DNA of 64,000 nt from Myxococcota bacterium (GCA_965140415.1 OZ223209.1:5600001-5664000), one strand, 5' to 3'; numbered from the stretch's first letter, positions 9,661 through 19,972 are shown. Numbers and translations: made by a program. Notes: a model not told the origin generated them from the sequence alone.

Positions 9661-11367
9661 CTACATTTCCTCCGGAGTTTCCAGTCCCAGTAAGGTCAAA
9701 CCGCGACGCAACACGACGGCGCAGGCTTGCACCAGTGTCATGCGGGTGGCTCGCATAACCGGATCGGCATCGAGGAAACGATAGCCTTCGATGTTGTATA
9801 CTTTGTTAAACGCCCGGCACAACTCGATCAAATGACGCGCCACGATGGACGGGTCGTAGTCGTCGCAGGCGCGCAGCACGCGCTCGGGAAATTCGCCCAG
9901 CAGCTTTATGACTTCCTTTTCTTCGGCCAGTTCCAGCTTGGAGGCATCCCAGTCCGCCACAGCGTCTTCTAAGGCAGCTTTTCGCAGCATCGAGCAGCAA
10001 CGCGCGTGCGTGTACTGAACGTATACACCGGTTTCGCCCTGAAAATTCAAAATGCGTTCCCACTCGAAGGTCACATCGTTCGTGCGTCGATGAACCAGAT
10101 CGCCGAAGATAATCGCACCCACACCGACCTGTTTCGCCACGGTCTGCTTGTCGGCCAGTTCGGCGTTCTTTTCTTCGATGGCAGCCAGTGAAAGATCGAT
10201 GGCTTTTTTCAGCACGTCTTCCAAAAAGATGACCTGCCCCTTGCGGGTGCTCATCGTTTGATCGGCCAGTTGCAACATGCCGAAAGAGACGTGCGTCATG
10301 CGCTCGGCCCAGGCATTACCCATCTTTTTAAGGACATTGAAAAACTGGTTAAAGTGCATGGACTGCTGATGGGCCACCACGTAAAGCGAACGCGCGAAGT
10401 TGAAACGCTCGAAACGATCGATGGCGGCGGCGATATCGCGCGTGGCATACAAAGTCGCGCCGTCGGCTTTTTTAAGCAGGCAGGGAGGCAGTTTTTCCGC
10501 TTCCAGATCCACCACCAACGCGCCTTTGGAAATCTGCGTTCCGGCGGTTTCATCCACCAGCTTGATAACATCATCGAGTCGATCGCGGTATTTCGACTCG
10601 CCCTCGAAGGAATCGAAACGCACACCCAGCAAGCCGTAAATCCGGTCGAACTCTTTCATACTGATTTCATAGAACAGCTTCCAGAGCTCCAACGCTTCTT
10701 CGTCGTTTTGCTCCATGCGCACGAACCAACCCCGAGCTTCTTCTTCCAAATTGGGATCGTTTTCCGCTTCGGCATGGAACTTCACATAAATATCTAGCAG
10801 ATGTCGAATCTGTTTTTCTTCCAGTTCCTCGCGCGATCCCCAGCGTTTATAGGCGACAATCAGCTTTCCGAACTGCGTTCCCCAGTCGCCCAGGTAATTG
10901 ATGCGCATCGTTTTATAGCCGCGCGCCTGATGCAGATTGGCAATGGCGTTTCCGATCACGGTGCTTCTAATATGGTGAAAAGCGATGGGTTTGGCGATAT
11001 TGGGACTACTGAAATCGAGCACCACCGTTTTTCCGTCGCCCTCTTTGCCTTCGCCGTAAGTCTCGTTTTCACTCAAAACCAGCGGCAGCACGTGTTGCGC
11101 CAATTCCGGTGTTGAAAATCGGAAATTCAAAAACGGTCCTTCCGCTTCCACCGAACTGAAAATCGGCATAGAGGAAAAGCGCGTGGCGAAATCCGCTGCA
11201 ATTTCAGCCGGTTTCTTTTTCAATTCCTTTCCGAAAGGAAAACAGGGTAATGCCAGATCGCCGCGTTCGGGCGTATCGGGAGTTTTAAACAACGTCAGAA
11301 AACGTTCTCTCGGAAAAGAAACTTCACCCGAAAGGGTATCCACAATCTGCTCTCGAATCCACTGCAT
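9661..11367 (-). CDS. argS: Arginine--tRNA ligase
   Basis: DFSSPNIAKPIAFHHIRST (HIGH region), NYLGDWGTQFG, MSTRKG, YVQYTHAR. Confidence 0.97.
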   Translation of the reverse strand: MQWIREQIVDTLSGEVSFPRERFLTLFKTPDTPERGDLALPCFPFGKELKKKPAEIAADFATRFSSMPIFSSVEAEGPFLNFRFSTPELAQHVLPLVLSENETYGEGKEGDGKTVVLDFSSPNIAKPIAFHHIRSTVIGNAIANLHQARGYKTMRINYLGDWGTQFGKLIVAYKRWGSREELEEKQIRHLLDIYVKFHAEAENDPNLEEEARGWFVRMEQNDEEALELWKLFYEISMKEFDRIYGLLGVRFDSFEGESKYRDRLDDVIKLVDETAGTQISKGALVVDLEAEKLPPCLLKKADGATLYATRDIAAAIDRFERFNFARSLYVVAHQQSMHFNQFFNVLKKMGNAWAERMTHVSFGMLQLADQTMSTRKGQVIFLEDVLKKAIDLSLAAIEEKNAELADKQTVAKQVGVGAIIFGDLVHRRTNDVTFEWERILNFQGETGVYVQYTHARCCSMLRKAALEDAVADWDASKLELAEEKEVIKLLGEFPERVLRACDDYDPSIVARHLIELCRAFNKVYNIEGYRFLDADPVMRATRMTLVQACAVVLRRGLTLLGLETPEEM

Positions 11368-11592
11368 GATTCCGCTCCATTAACACTTAGATACCGAATA
11401 TTCGAACCACACTAAATGGAGTGACGGGGAATGTCAAGATGCTTGCAGGCAATGGAGATTGAAAAGGAAAGTTGCTGCTAATGGAATGGGTGGGTCTCTG
11501 CATCGAAGAGGGGCAAGCGGTGTGCTTTGTGACGGAGACTTTGTATCATTATCCCCACATCGGCATTTTCGCAGCTCCACAATCCGACCGTA

Positions 11593-11762
11593 AACATACA
11601 CTAAAAGCACACTAAAAGACCGTAAACGCACAGTAAAAAATGGCCGGAACCCATAAAATCAACGGCAAATAAGCAAACCGGTCACGTTTGGGCGTCTTTT
11701 AATGCATGATACAGAAACCAAGTGCGCATCTACGGTCATGTAGTGTGGTTTTAGTGCGTGTT
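11593..11762. repeat. About 40-bp imperfect inverted repeat pair with internal direct repeats in the argS/tetR intergenic region
   Basis: AACATACACTAAAAGCACACTAAAAGACCGTAAACGCA (11593-11630) versus the reverse complement of 11723-11762, AACACGCACTAAAACCACACTACATGACCGTAGATGCGCA. Confidence 0.6.
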
Positions 11763-11958
11763 GGCGCCACTTAGTGTCACAATTTGCGATTTTGGCCGTT
11801 TTTTACGCGCCGGCGCGACCGGTCTTTCGGAGCGGAAATAACCGTGCCTTTTATCCTCATCGGGAAGTTTTCAAGCGGAGAAATAACAGAAAAGCAACGG
11901 CTGAAAATGAGAACTCGCGTGAAAGAATTTCGTTGACGGACATCCTGACTCTCTGATA

Positions 11959-11978
11959 TTGGTTGAACGACCAACCAT
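11959..11978. promoter_or_regulatory. Putative TetR operator 1
   Basis: TTGGTTG-AACGAC-CAACCAT palindrome just downstream of TTGACG (11933); near-identical copy at 12612. Confidence 0.75.
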
Positions 11979-11995
11979 GAACGAGGAGCAGGTTA

Positions 11996-12577
11996 TTGGA
12001 CGAGACAAAAGAGAAAATATTGATCTCCGCCAGGAAAGTCATTTCTGATAAAGGCTATGAAAGGGCTAGCATCAAACGAATCGCAATCGAGGCGGGTGTC
12101 GCACCGGGTTTATTGCATTACCATTTCAAAAACAAAGAAGACCTGCTCATCCAAGTGATGAACTCCATCTACGAAGGAAGCGTCGGGCCTTCGGCGCTCG
12201 ATCAAATGGGTGCGGTTACACCCGAACAGTTGGCCAGCCTTATTACTATGCTTTTCCGAGAAGCACTCAAAAACTCTCCCGATTTTTTCCATCTGATTTA
12301 CGGCACACTAAATATTATCCGTCAGAGCGAAATCGTGCGCAAAGCGATGGAGGAGATCTGGGGCAGGTATCGCAAAGAAACGGAAATTATCATCGACCGA
12401 TTGAAAATAGATGGAGCGGTGACGTCCTCGCGTTCCTCGGCGGTGATTCTTTCGCTGATTGTTGGCGTATTACACGGCATCGGGATTCAGGCTGTCGGAG
12501 AACCGACGATGAAACTGACGGAATCGGATGATCTCTGGTCAGCCATCGAAGACAACCTGCTTTACATTCTGAAATAG
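11996..12577 (+). CDS. TetR/AcrR family transcriptional regulator
   Basis: KILISARKVISDKGYERASIKRIAIEAGVAPGLLHYHFKNKEDLL helix-turn-helix; GAGGAG RBS before TTG. Confidence 0.93.
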   Translation: MDETKEKILISARKVISDKGYERASIKRIAIEAGVAPGLLHYHFKNKEDLLIQVMNSIYEGSVGPSALDQMGAVTPEQLASLITMLFREALKNSPDFFHLIYGTLNIIRQSEIVRKAMEEIWGRYRKETEIIIDRLKIDGAVTSSRSSAVILSLIVGVLHGIGIQAVGEPTMKLTESDDLWSAIEDNLLYILK

Positions 12578-12611
12578 CGGTTTTCACTAGGTATATTTTT
12601 TTAAGGTTAAC

Positions 12612-12637
12612 TTGGTTGAACAACCAACCAATATAAT
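12612..12637 (+). promoter_or_regulatory. Putative TetR operator 2 abutting a TATAAT -10 box
   Basis: TTGGTTG-AACAAC-CAACCAA (12612-12631) immediately followed by TATAAT (12632-12637). Confidence 0.75.
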
Positions 12638-12652
12638 AAGAGCGAGGATAGC

Positions 12653-13831
12653 ATGATCGAAAAAGCATTATCGGGATCGAAGATGTACTGGATCTGGGTG
12701 AGTTTTCTGCTGCTCTGGTGCATGGTAGCGTTGGGAGTTTTTGTCTACCAAACGAACATGGGTCTACACATCACCGGCATGGGACGAGATATTCCCTGGG
12801 GATTGTACATCGCCCAATTGACCTTCATGGTCGGCGTGGCAGCCAGCGCCGTTATGGTGGTGCTGCCGTATTACCTTCATGACTATAAAGCCTTCGGGAC
12901 AATCACCATCCTTGGTGAATTCGTCGCGATTCCTTCTGTAATCGTTGCCATGCTTTTCGTCGGCGTAGATATGGGACGACCGGATCGGGTTTTGAACATC
13001 CTGCTCCACCCAACACCAAACTCTCCCATGTTTTGGGATTTCGTTTCGGTTTCAGGCTATCTTTTGCTCAACATTGTGATCGGCTTTAAAACCCTTCATC
13101 TAAAGGCCAACGACTTAACTCCACCCAAATGGTTGAAAGTCCTGATCGTCATCTCGATTCCCTGGGCGGTCAGCATTCACACGGTCACAGCCTTTTTATA
13201 TTCCGGTCTGGCGGCGCGTCCCTTCTGGCTATCCGCTGTCATGGCGCCACGTTTTCTCGCTTCTGCCTTCGCCTGCGGTCCGTCGCTCTTGATTCTTATT
13301 TTATTCATACTAGAGAAAGTCAGCGATTTCCGCATTGAACAAAAAGTCTGGCAGACCCTGGCGAAAATCGTCACCTACGCATTGGCCATCAGCATTTTCC
13401 TGTTGCTTCTCGAATTCTTCACCGTATTCTTCAGCAACATGCCACATCACATGCATCCCTTCGAGTACCTGCTGTTCGGCTTGGACGGCAAAACCCGCAT
13501 CGTTCCTTTCGCCTGGGCATCTATGGTGCTTACGGTTGCGGCGCTTGTTGTGCTGCTCGTTCCCAGCTTGCGTAACCAATCTCGCTGGCTTATGGCCGCC
13601 TGCGCCTTGACTTTTATCGGCCTTTGGATCGACAAGGGGCTCAATATGGTGGTCGTGGGCTTCGTACCCAATCCAATGAACGAGGTCGTCGAGTACGCCC
13701 CGACTGCGCCGGAAATTCTGCTTTCCATCGGCATTTACGCTTTCGGCGCGTTGATCTTTACTACGCTGGCCAAGATCTACTTGCATTACTTCGAGGACAT
13801 TCAGTGGGTGCAGCAGAAACATCATGATTAG
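12653..13831 (+). CDS. NrfD/PsrC-family membrane quinol-interacting protein, closely DsrP-like
   Basis: GLHITGMGRDIPWGLYIAQLTFMVGVAASAV, DMGRPDR, PWAVSIHTVTAFLYSGL..RPFW, APRFLASAF, WIDKG; about 10 TM helices. Confidence 0.85.
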   Translation: MIEKALSGSKMYWIWVSFLLLWCMVALGVFVYQTNMGLHITGMGRDIPWGLYIAQLTFMVGVAASAVMVVLPYYLHDYKAFGTITILGEFVAIPSVIVAMLFVGVDMGRPDRVLNILLHPTPNSPMFWDFVSVSGYLLLNIVIGFKTLHLKANDLTPPKWLKVLIVISIPWAVSIHTVTAFLYSGLAARPFWLSAVMAPRFLASAFACGPSLLILILFILEKVSDFRIEQKVWQTLAKIVTYALAISIFLLLLEFFTVFFSNMPHHMHPFEYLLFGLDGKTRIVPFAWASMVLTVAALVVLLVPSLRNQSRWLMAACALTFIGLWIDKGLNMVVVGFVPNPMNEVVEYAPTAPEILLSIGIYAFGALIFTTLAKIYLHYFEDIQWVQQKHHD

Positions 13832-13861
13832 TTGGATGTAGGAGGCATAATTGGCTACGCT

Positions 13862-14196
13862 GGGCGCGTGGCCCAGATAATGGGTGGAACGGACAAGCGG
13901 AGTGAAACGGAGTTTGCCCGTGTTCGAGAATCACATGGGCAACCTACGGTTAGCCCCTGCCACCCATTCGTATTTTAAACGTTTGCGGTTTGTCATGGCC
14001 ACCCGACTGTCCTGCTCCAAATGTTTGTCTTCTTTGATTAGATCCATGTCGGGCGCGTGGCCCAGATAAAGGGTGGAACGGACAAGCGGAGTGAAACGGA
14101 GTTTGCCCGTGTTCGAGAATCACATGGGCAAACTACGGTTAGCCCCTGCCACCCACTCGCATTTTAAACGTTTGCGGCTTGTCACGGCCACCCGAC
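13862..14196. repeat. Two tandem copies (period 189 bp) of hairpin repeat family B
   Basis: 13862-14007 and 14051-14196 nearly identical; core GGGTGGAACGGACAAGCGGAGTGAAACGGAGTTTGCCCGTGTTCGAGAATCACATGGGCAA..CTACGGTTAGCCCCTGCCACCC. Confidence 0.9.
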
Positions 14197-14229
14197 CGGT
14201 TCGAATTATTTTTTGGGCACTCCCCCCCC

Positions 14230-15702
14230 CTACTTCCCAACCGCTTTGGAGGAAGCCAGCAGACGCTGCAAGCGTTGCGCGTCGGGTGTGATGTAGATCG
14301 CCTTATGGCGTGAAAGCAATACTTGTCCGGGGTTGGCTCTGGCCGGTTTGCGCACGTGACGCACGAAGGCGATCATCACTTCCACCGGGCCGCCCTTCGC
14401 TTTGGAATAATGCGCGGCCAATGTTGCGGCATCGATGCGCGTTTCCGGGTCGATCTGCTCGCCTTTGGCCATCGGCACAATCACGTGGCTGCCGGCATAG
14501 CCGGAAGCATGGAACCAGACGTCGTCTCCTTTTGAGAGCCTGAAAGTGATGATATCGTTCTCTTTGTCCGTTCGACCCACGCGGATTTCACGACCGCTGG
14601 CGCTTAGGAAACGTCGGAAGGGTTTGCGCTTTTCCTCTTCGCGGCTCTTCTTCGTACCGGAGCGTTGCTCTTCTTCATCCGGCAAATCCAAGCCTTTTCG
14701 AACTCTAGCCAATAGCGCTTCGTCCCGCTCTTCCAATAATTCCGAAAGTCTCAGCAGGTGGTCACGTTCTTCCTCGATCTGCTCGCGACGCTTGGCGATG
14801 GCGATGACCGCCCGTTTGCCTTTTTTGGATTTCTGATACAGGCGGCTGATGTTGTCGCTGGGTGATAACGATGGGTCGAGCTTGATTTCAACCGGTTGAC
14901 CCTCACCCAATAAATCCGGCACTTCGATCTTATCCATACGCGATTTCAGCAGGTGAAAATTGATCTGCAACAACTCGGCCTGATGTCGCTGCTCATCCGA
15001 AAGCTGCGCTCCGGCTTCGTCTTTATCCAAAGACCTGCTCACGCGATCCAGCTTTTTTAAACGTCGTCGGATTTCTTTACGGCATACCGTAAAGCGTTTT
15101 TCGGTTTGATCTTCCTCCGCCTGCACGCCGAAAAGCAAAGCGGCGGCGGTATTATACGGAAAGTCGCCCTCGCCCGCTTCAATGCGCGACGTCACCTGCG
15201 GAGGCGAGGCCAAAGGGAAAGGCGAATGATAGGTTTCGCCAACCAATAAACGCCGCTTTTTACTGCGATTCGGGCGCAAGCTGCCCAGTATCCGATCGTT
15301 TTCATCCAGTAAAAACGCATTGGCGTGACGACCCGTCAATTCCGCCACCAGCCGATACGAGTGGATCTCGCCTGCTTCGTTCATGGTATCCAGCCACAAA
15401 GAGACGACGCGCTCTCCCTGCGTCGCCTGGATATCGCGTACGCGCGACGGTTCCAGCAGCTTTCGCAGCAGCATGACGAAGGCATACGGCGTTTTGGGGC
15501 TTGGCGGCTTGGTTTCGCTTAGATGCAGGCGGCAGGCATCGTCCTGCACGCTGATCAATAACAATCGCTTTCGGTATTCGTGGCGCAGGTTGATGATCAG
15601 CAGTCCTTCATCGGGTTGATGAAAACGCTGCACCGATGCGCCTTGCAGTTGTTGCAATTCCGATACGACAAGCTCGATCTCTTTGTAATTCATGGCGCTC
15701 AT
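14230..15702 (-). CDS. rqcH: NFACT-family protein (RqcH/Rqc2/FbpA ribosome quality control homolog)
   Basis: FVMLLRKLL, ERVV, ELTGRHAN (NFACT-N); LDPSLSPSDN...YQKSKK; VGRTDKEND, WFHA...GSHV, AATLAAHYSK (NFACT-R). Confidence 0.88.
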   Translation of the reverse strand: MSAMNYKEIELVVSELQQLQGASVQRFHQPDEGLLIINLRHEYRKRLLLISVQDDACRLHLSETKPPSPKTPYAFVMLLRKLLEPSRVRDIQATQGERVVSLWLDTMNEAGEIHSYRLVAELTGRHANAFLLDENDRILGSLRPNRSKKRRLLVGETYHSPFPLASPPQVTSRIEAGEGDFPYNTAAALLFGVQAEEDQTEKRFTVCRKEIRRRLKKLDRVSRSLDKDEAGAQLSDEQRHQAELLQINFHLLKSRMDKIEVPDLLGEGQPVEIKLDPSLSPSDNISRLYQKSKKGKRAVIAIAKRREQIEEERDHLLRLSELLEERDEALLARVRKGLDLPDEEEQRSGTKKSREEEKRKPFRRFLSASGREIRVGRTDKENDIITFRLSKGDDVWFHASGYAGSHVIVPMAKGEQIDPETRIDAATLAAHYSKAKGGPVEVMIAFVRHVRKPARANPGQVLLSRHKAIYITPDAQRLQRLLASSKAVGK

Positions 15703-15753
15703 GGCAGGGAGTGTATCCGTATTTTGCAAGGCAGGTCAAGTTACATCTTCGCG

Positions 15754-16380
15754 CTAGCCCTTTACCGCCGTGATGAGTTTCAGTGCCAGTCCCAAAAAGA
15801 TTCCCGCCGCCACCCAGTGCATGGTCCGTTGCGCATTCGGCGAGCGGTTCAACCAGTTTCCCAACGAGCCTGCAAGTACGGCCACCGAACCGAAAACCAG
15901 CATCGTTGCCACAATGAACAGCGCGCCTAAAAGCAGCAGTTGCATAGTCAGCGAGCCACGCGCTGGATCGGCGAATTGCGGCAGGAAAGCCAGAAAGAAA
16001 ATCGAAACCTTGGGATTGGTGACGTTCATGATGATGCCGCGTCGATACAAGCGGGCAGCGGAGAGGCGCGGCTGGGAGTCGTGATCCACGCGACTGGCCC
16101 CGGCCCGTAAGGCCTGTATCGCCAGAACGACCAGATAGCTGGCCCCTGCAATTTTCAAAATAAGAAAAGCCGTTTCCGAAGTGTTGAATACGGCGGCCAC
16201 ACCAAAGGTTACCGCTGCCGTGTGTACGAGCAGCCCCGTACATAGCCCGGCTGTAACCAGCCAGCCTGCGTTACGACCATATAAGGCGGACTGCGTCAAC
16301 ACGAACAGATTATCGGGACCGGGAGCCAGCGCCAGCATGATGCAAGCCAGAAAATAAATTCCCAACTCTTCCAATGCCAT
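15754..16380 (-). CDS. LysE/RhtB family translocator
   Basis: LAPGPDNLFVL, LKIAGASYL, NVTNPKVSIFFLAFLPQF. Confidence 0.93.
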   Translation of the reverse strand: MALEELGIYFLACIMLALAPGPDNLFVLTQSALYGRNAGWLVTAGLCTGLLVHTAAVTFGVAAVFNTSETAFLILKIAGASYLVVLAIQALRAGASRVDHDSQPRLSAARLYRRGIIMNVTNPKVSIFFLAFLPQFADPARGSLTMQLLLLGALFIVATMLVFGSVAVLAGSLGNWLNRSPNAQRTMHWVAAGIFLGLALKLITAVKG

Positions 16381-16410
16381 GGCGCTAGCTCCGCGTGTTA
16401 CTTATCAAGG

Positions 16411-18930
16411 TTATTTGTCGCTTTGAATCAAACCGGTGTACAAACCCATGTAATAGGGCAGCAGCCAGGCGGTGGGTGCCTGTAAGCCGGTGCCGTCGCC
16501 ACCCGATTCCAGATCGTAAGGATTGCCGTTCCACCACATCGTGCGAATCTCGTCGAAGGGGAAAACCCGGTCGCACTGCGCATCGCCGTGGCGGTCGTTT
16601 TCGATTTGCACCATGTCTTTGCGGCTGCGATTGTCGATGTACCATTCGCGGATGTCATCCGGAATTTCCTGCAAGGTGCGAAGCGCGCCCTGGCTGTCTA
16701 CATCGTCGCCACCACCGGATAGCGCATAGACGCCCGCCCACCAGGGATTGCGTTCCGGGCGTTCGTAATCGTACATGAATTTCAACGACTCGATCCATTC
16801 GGCGCGGCGGTCGTCGCGCGCTTCGTAGCGAATTAACGTGGTGTAAGCCAGAATCGCCAGTTCGTGATCGCTGTGGTTGGCGATACTGGGTCGCGTGATG
16901 GTCCAGGTGTTTTCGTTGGCCATGGCCAGTTCGTTGTAACGATGCTCGTTGATCAGATACTCATAGGCATCGTAGAATTTCTTCTCGCCCGACATGTGAT
17001 AGGCGGCCAGCATGTGCCCCAGAATTTCCAGCGAATTCAACCAGCCACCACCGAAATTACCGCTGGTGCAGGCATCCAGGCATTCATCCATGGAATAGCC
17101 GTTTTCGATGCAGACATCGAAGCCGTCGATACAGATGCTCAAGGTTTCCGGGTTCCAGTGACCGTGCATCGTACGTTCGCCGTCCAGATCGATCAGCACG
17201 TAACCGCCGTCGATGATGTATTCGGCCAGTTCGATGGCGTACTTGCTGATTTGTTCGCGTTCCGCATCGTCCTTGGCGCACAGATCGTAGAACATCGGGA
17301 AGCCGAAAAAATGCCCGACGATTTCATCCGAACTGGTGTCGTCTTTCCAGTAATAGTCGCGGCCTTCGTAGGTTACCGGATGCCAGTTGCTCCGCGTTTC
17401 CTTACTGGTGTACACATCACCCTCGTCATCGCGCACCAACGAGCGCGTAATGAAACCGCGTTTCATGCCATTGGCTTCGAAGTCGATGGCCGGAACATCG
17501 ATCTCCAGCAGCATGTTGTCCATCGCTTTTCTGGCGTACTGATAATATTTCTCCTCGCCGGTCGCCGCATAAGCCATGCACCAGCCGCCGATCATCATCT
17601 GCGTCCACAAGCCGTCGTTGTCCTTGTCGCCAAGCCACATCTGCGAGAAATCGCTGTAGGGCTCGGGCAAGCGGCCATCGCTGGAAACGAAACCGTCCAT
17701 GCGCCAGAAGGCGTCTACATAGCCATCGAAAACTTTTTCCTTATCCGCCAGGGTGCGCGTAACCAGATAAATGCGGCTCACACCCGCTTCACCCGCCACC
17801 CAGCGGTCGCCGTTTTCACCCAGCGCCACCGAGCTTACGCGGTTGTTCTCCATCCAACGTTTCGACTGGTAATAATCGATGTGCGCCAGATTGCCCTCGA
17901 TATACGTCGCTCCGATTTCGTGGCCCAGCAGAATGGCTTCGTCGTTGCAAGTGACGGATAGATTGTTGTCCATCGGCAGTCCATCGACTTCCGCCTTGTA
18001 CAGTTTAACCGTATCACCCTGCTTAATGGCAATGCTTGTTGCGGAGGCGATGACCAATCGATCACCGCAGATAGCGATATCGCGTACGTCGTCATCCAGC
18101 AGATCGCCGTTGGCGGCGGTCCAGGTTGTTTGCAGCGTCGCCTGATCGAGCGTATGATCGTAGCTGACTTCCAGCAGCCCGGCATCCGTCGCCAACAGCA
18201 GTGTGTCCTGCGCGTCGATAGCCAAAGCCTTCACCACCGGTTGCGGATCGAGTGTGACCGCGTGCCAGTCCGTATCGCCGAAATTGGTGGAGTAAACATA
18301 GATGCCTGTCGCCGTGGCCGCAGCCAGCATGGCTCCGTTGCTGGCCAGTTGCAACAGACCGCCGGGCGTAAAGGCCAGGGTTTCATCCTGCGCATTGGTG
18401 CTGGAGAGCAAGTCCACCCGGTCATCGAAACCGACCGCCACCTTGCCTTGATACAACTGCTTGGCCATCGCCGTTACCGGAGCGGCGGCGGCGGGAAGAC
18501 TCCAGGCAGCGAAAGCGGCTTCGAAGCTTGCAGAGCCAGCGCCTTTGAAATACACACCCGTTGGCGTACCGACGAAGATCTGTCCGTTCTGTGCCACCAT
18601 GGCGGAAATCTGCAAATCCGCCAGGCGATCCGCGCTGCGGTAGCGATCCGGGAATTCCTGCGCGAAAGAAGCATCCGGCAGCGCGACCGAAGACGTACGG
18701 ACTTCGTGAATGAATTCCGGGTCGGGATACTGGCTTGTTTCTTCGCCCTCGCCTTCCATATCACCATCGGCGGCATCGCCATCCGTTTCCATGTCACCAT
18801 CGGAGATGTCGCCATCCGGGTTTTGATCGCCATCGGTAATGTCGTCATCCGAATCGCTACAGGCGATCATGAGCAGCAGGCAACTGCAAACGACAATCGT
18901 CCACAACAAGAATTTACTACTTCTTTTCAT
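16411..18930 (-). CDS. Large lipoprotein: DGD linker, beta-propeller-like repeats and helical glycosidase-like C-terminal domain
   Basis: GGAGG RBS, lipobox MIAC; LLDDDVRDI / LPMDNNLSV / MENNRVSSV repeats; WKDDTSSDEIVGH and NHSDHELA motifs. Fold call is inference. Confidence 0.65.
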   Translation of the reverse strand: MKRSSKFLLWTIVVCSCLLLMIACSDSDDDITDGDQNPDGDISDGDMETDGDAADGDMEGEGEETSQYPDPEFIHEVRTSSVALPDASFAQEFPDRYRSADRLADLQISAMVAQNGQIFVGTPTGVYFKGAGSASFEAAFAAWSLPAAAAPVTAMAKQLYQGKVAVGFDDRVDLLSSTNAQDETLAFTPGGLLQLASNGAMLAAATATGIYVYSTNFGDTDWHAVTLDPQPVVKALAIDAQDTLLLATDAGLLEVSYDHTLDQATLQTTWTAANGDLLDDDVRDIAICGDRLVIASATSIAIKQGDTVKLYKAEVDGLPMDNNLSVTCNDEAILLGHEIGATYIEGNLAHIDYYQSKRWMENNRVSSVALGENGDRWVAGEAGVSRIYLVTRTLADKEKVFDGYVDAFWRMDGFVSSDGRLPEPYSDFSQMWLGDKDNDGLWTQMMIGGWCMAYAATGEEKYYQYARKAMDNMLLEIDVPAIDFEANGMKRGFITRSLVRDDEGDVYTSKETRSNWHPVTYEGRDYYWKDDTSSDEIVGHFFGFPMFYDLCAKDDAEREQISKYAIELAEYIIDGGYVLIDLDGERTMHGHWNPETLSICIDGFDVCIENGYSMDECLDACTSGNFGGGWLNSLEILGHMLAAYHMSGEKKFYDAYEYLINEHRYNELAMANENTWTITRPSIANHSDHELAILAYTTLIRYEARDDRRAEWIESLKFMYDYERPERNPWWAGVYALSGGGDDVDSQGALRTLQEIPDDIREWYIDNRSRKDMVQIENDRHGDAQCDRVFPFDEIRTMWWNGNPYDLESGGDGTGLQAPTAWLLPYYMGLYTGLIQSDK

Positions 18931-19115
18931 TCTCGTTCCTCCAAATAAGGTATCGTTTCTTTGAATCGTTACAGCTAAGCCGGCACCATCCTGCAAGAAC
19001 ACCACCAGCCTATTTGTTAACCGGATTCTAACAAACCTGTCCCCTGGTAGCAAACATTTGACAAAAGACCTTACTACGATAGGATAGAAGAGCAACTTAA
19101 CGACTGAGGCATGAC

Positions 19116-19919
19116 ATGAATTCGAGCAACCGCATCATTACGTTGCTGACCGATTTCGGTTCCCAAATGGGGTACGTCGGTCAGATGAAGGGTGTGATTC
19201 TGTCGATCAATCCCGGAGCGAGTCTGGTAGATCTAACCCACGAAGCGCCTGCACATCATATTGAAAGCGCGGGAATGATTCTGGAACAGAGTTCCCGCTA
19301 TTTCCCCACCGGCTCGATTCACCTGGCGGTAGTCGATCCGGGCGTGGGTTCCGATAGACCGGCCATTATCGTGACCACCGATCACGGTCTGTTCGTTGGA
19401 CCCGACAACGGTTTGTTCGGTTTTCTGCAAAAAAACAAACTGGTCCGCAGCATCCACCGTATCGTCAACGACCGCTACTTCATGAGCGCCGTTTCCAACA
19501 CCTTCCACGGACGCGACGTCTTCGCGCCGGTCGTGGCCTATCTTTCCCTGGGATACCCGGCGGATGAATTCGGGCCGCCCATCGACACTCTGATTGCCCT
19601 GCCAAGCAAGGGAATTCGTTTGGAAAACGGTGAGTTGATCGGGGAAGTGTTGAATATCGACGTCTTCGGCAACCTGATCACCTCCATTCCATCCGGGGAT
19701 ATCAACGAGTATTACATTCAGCACGCCGACAAGGAAGTATTCGTTTTCTGCGAAGGACAGTACATTCCCATCGCCAATACCTTTTCCGATTTACCGGGGA
19801 AGGAATTGCTGGCTTATGTCGGCTCCGGCAGCCATTTGGAACTGGCGGTCAATCAAGGCAGCGCAAAAGATATGTTGCAGGCGAATATCGGCACACCGGT
19901 CAAACTGGTTTCTATGTAA
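19116..19919 (+). CDS. SAM hydroxide adenosyltransferase / SAM-dependent halogenase family (DUF62)
   Basis: ITLLTDFG, VVDPGVGSDR, FVGPDNG, SNTFHGRDVFAP, IDVFGN. Confidence 0.92.
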   Translation: MNSSNRIITLLTDFGSQMGYVGQMKGVILSINPGASLVDLTHEAPAHHIESAGMILEQSSRYFPTGSIHLAVVDPGVGSDRPAIIVTTDHGLFVGPDNGLFGFLQKNKLVRSIHRIVNDRYFMSAVSNTFHGRDVFAPVVAYLSLGYPADEFGPPIDTLIALPSKGIRLENGELIGEVLNIDVFGNLITSIPSGDINEYYIQHADKEVFVFCEGQYIPIANTFSDLPGKELLAYVGSGSHLELAVNQGSAKDMLQANIGTPVKLVSM

Positions 19920-19972
19920 CCCAAGACTCCACGAAGCTTCATGAACCTTTAGAGAACGCGATGTGGCTCCCG

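Noticed and set aside
13862-14196. Tandem repeats as a CRISPR array
   Set aside because: Only two ~146-bp units, part of a dispersed family; no short repeat-spacer periodicity and no cas genes.
14197-14207. GGTTCGAA T-loop-like motif suggesting a tRNA
   Set aside because: No cloverleaf or acceptor stem can be built.
19116-19919. Fluorinase/chlorinase
   Set aside because: Retains the FHGRD and GSDR motifs of the common DUF62 SAM hydrolase type; no halometabolite cluster nearby.
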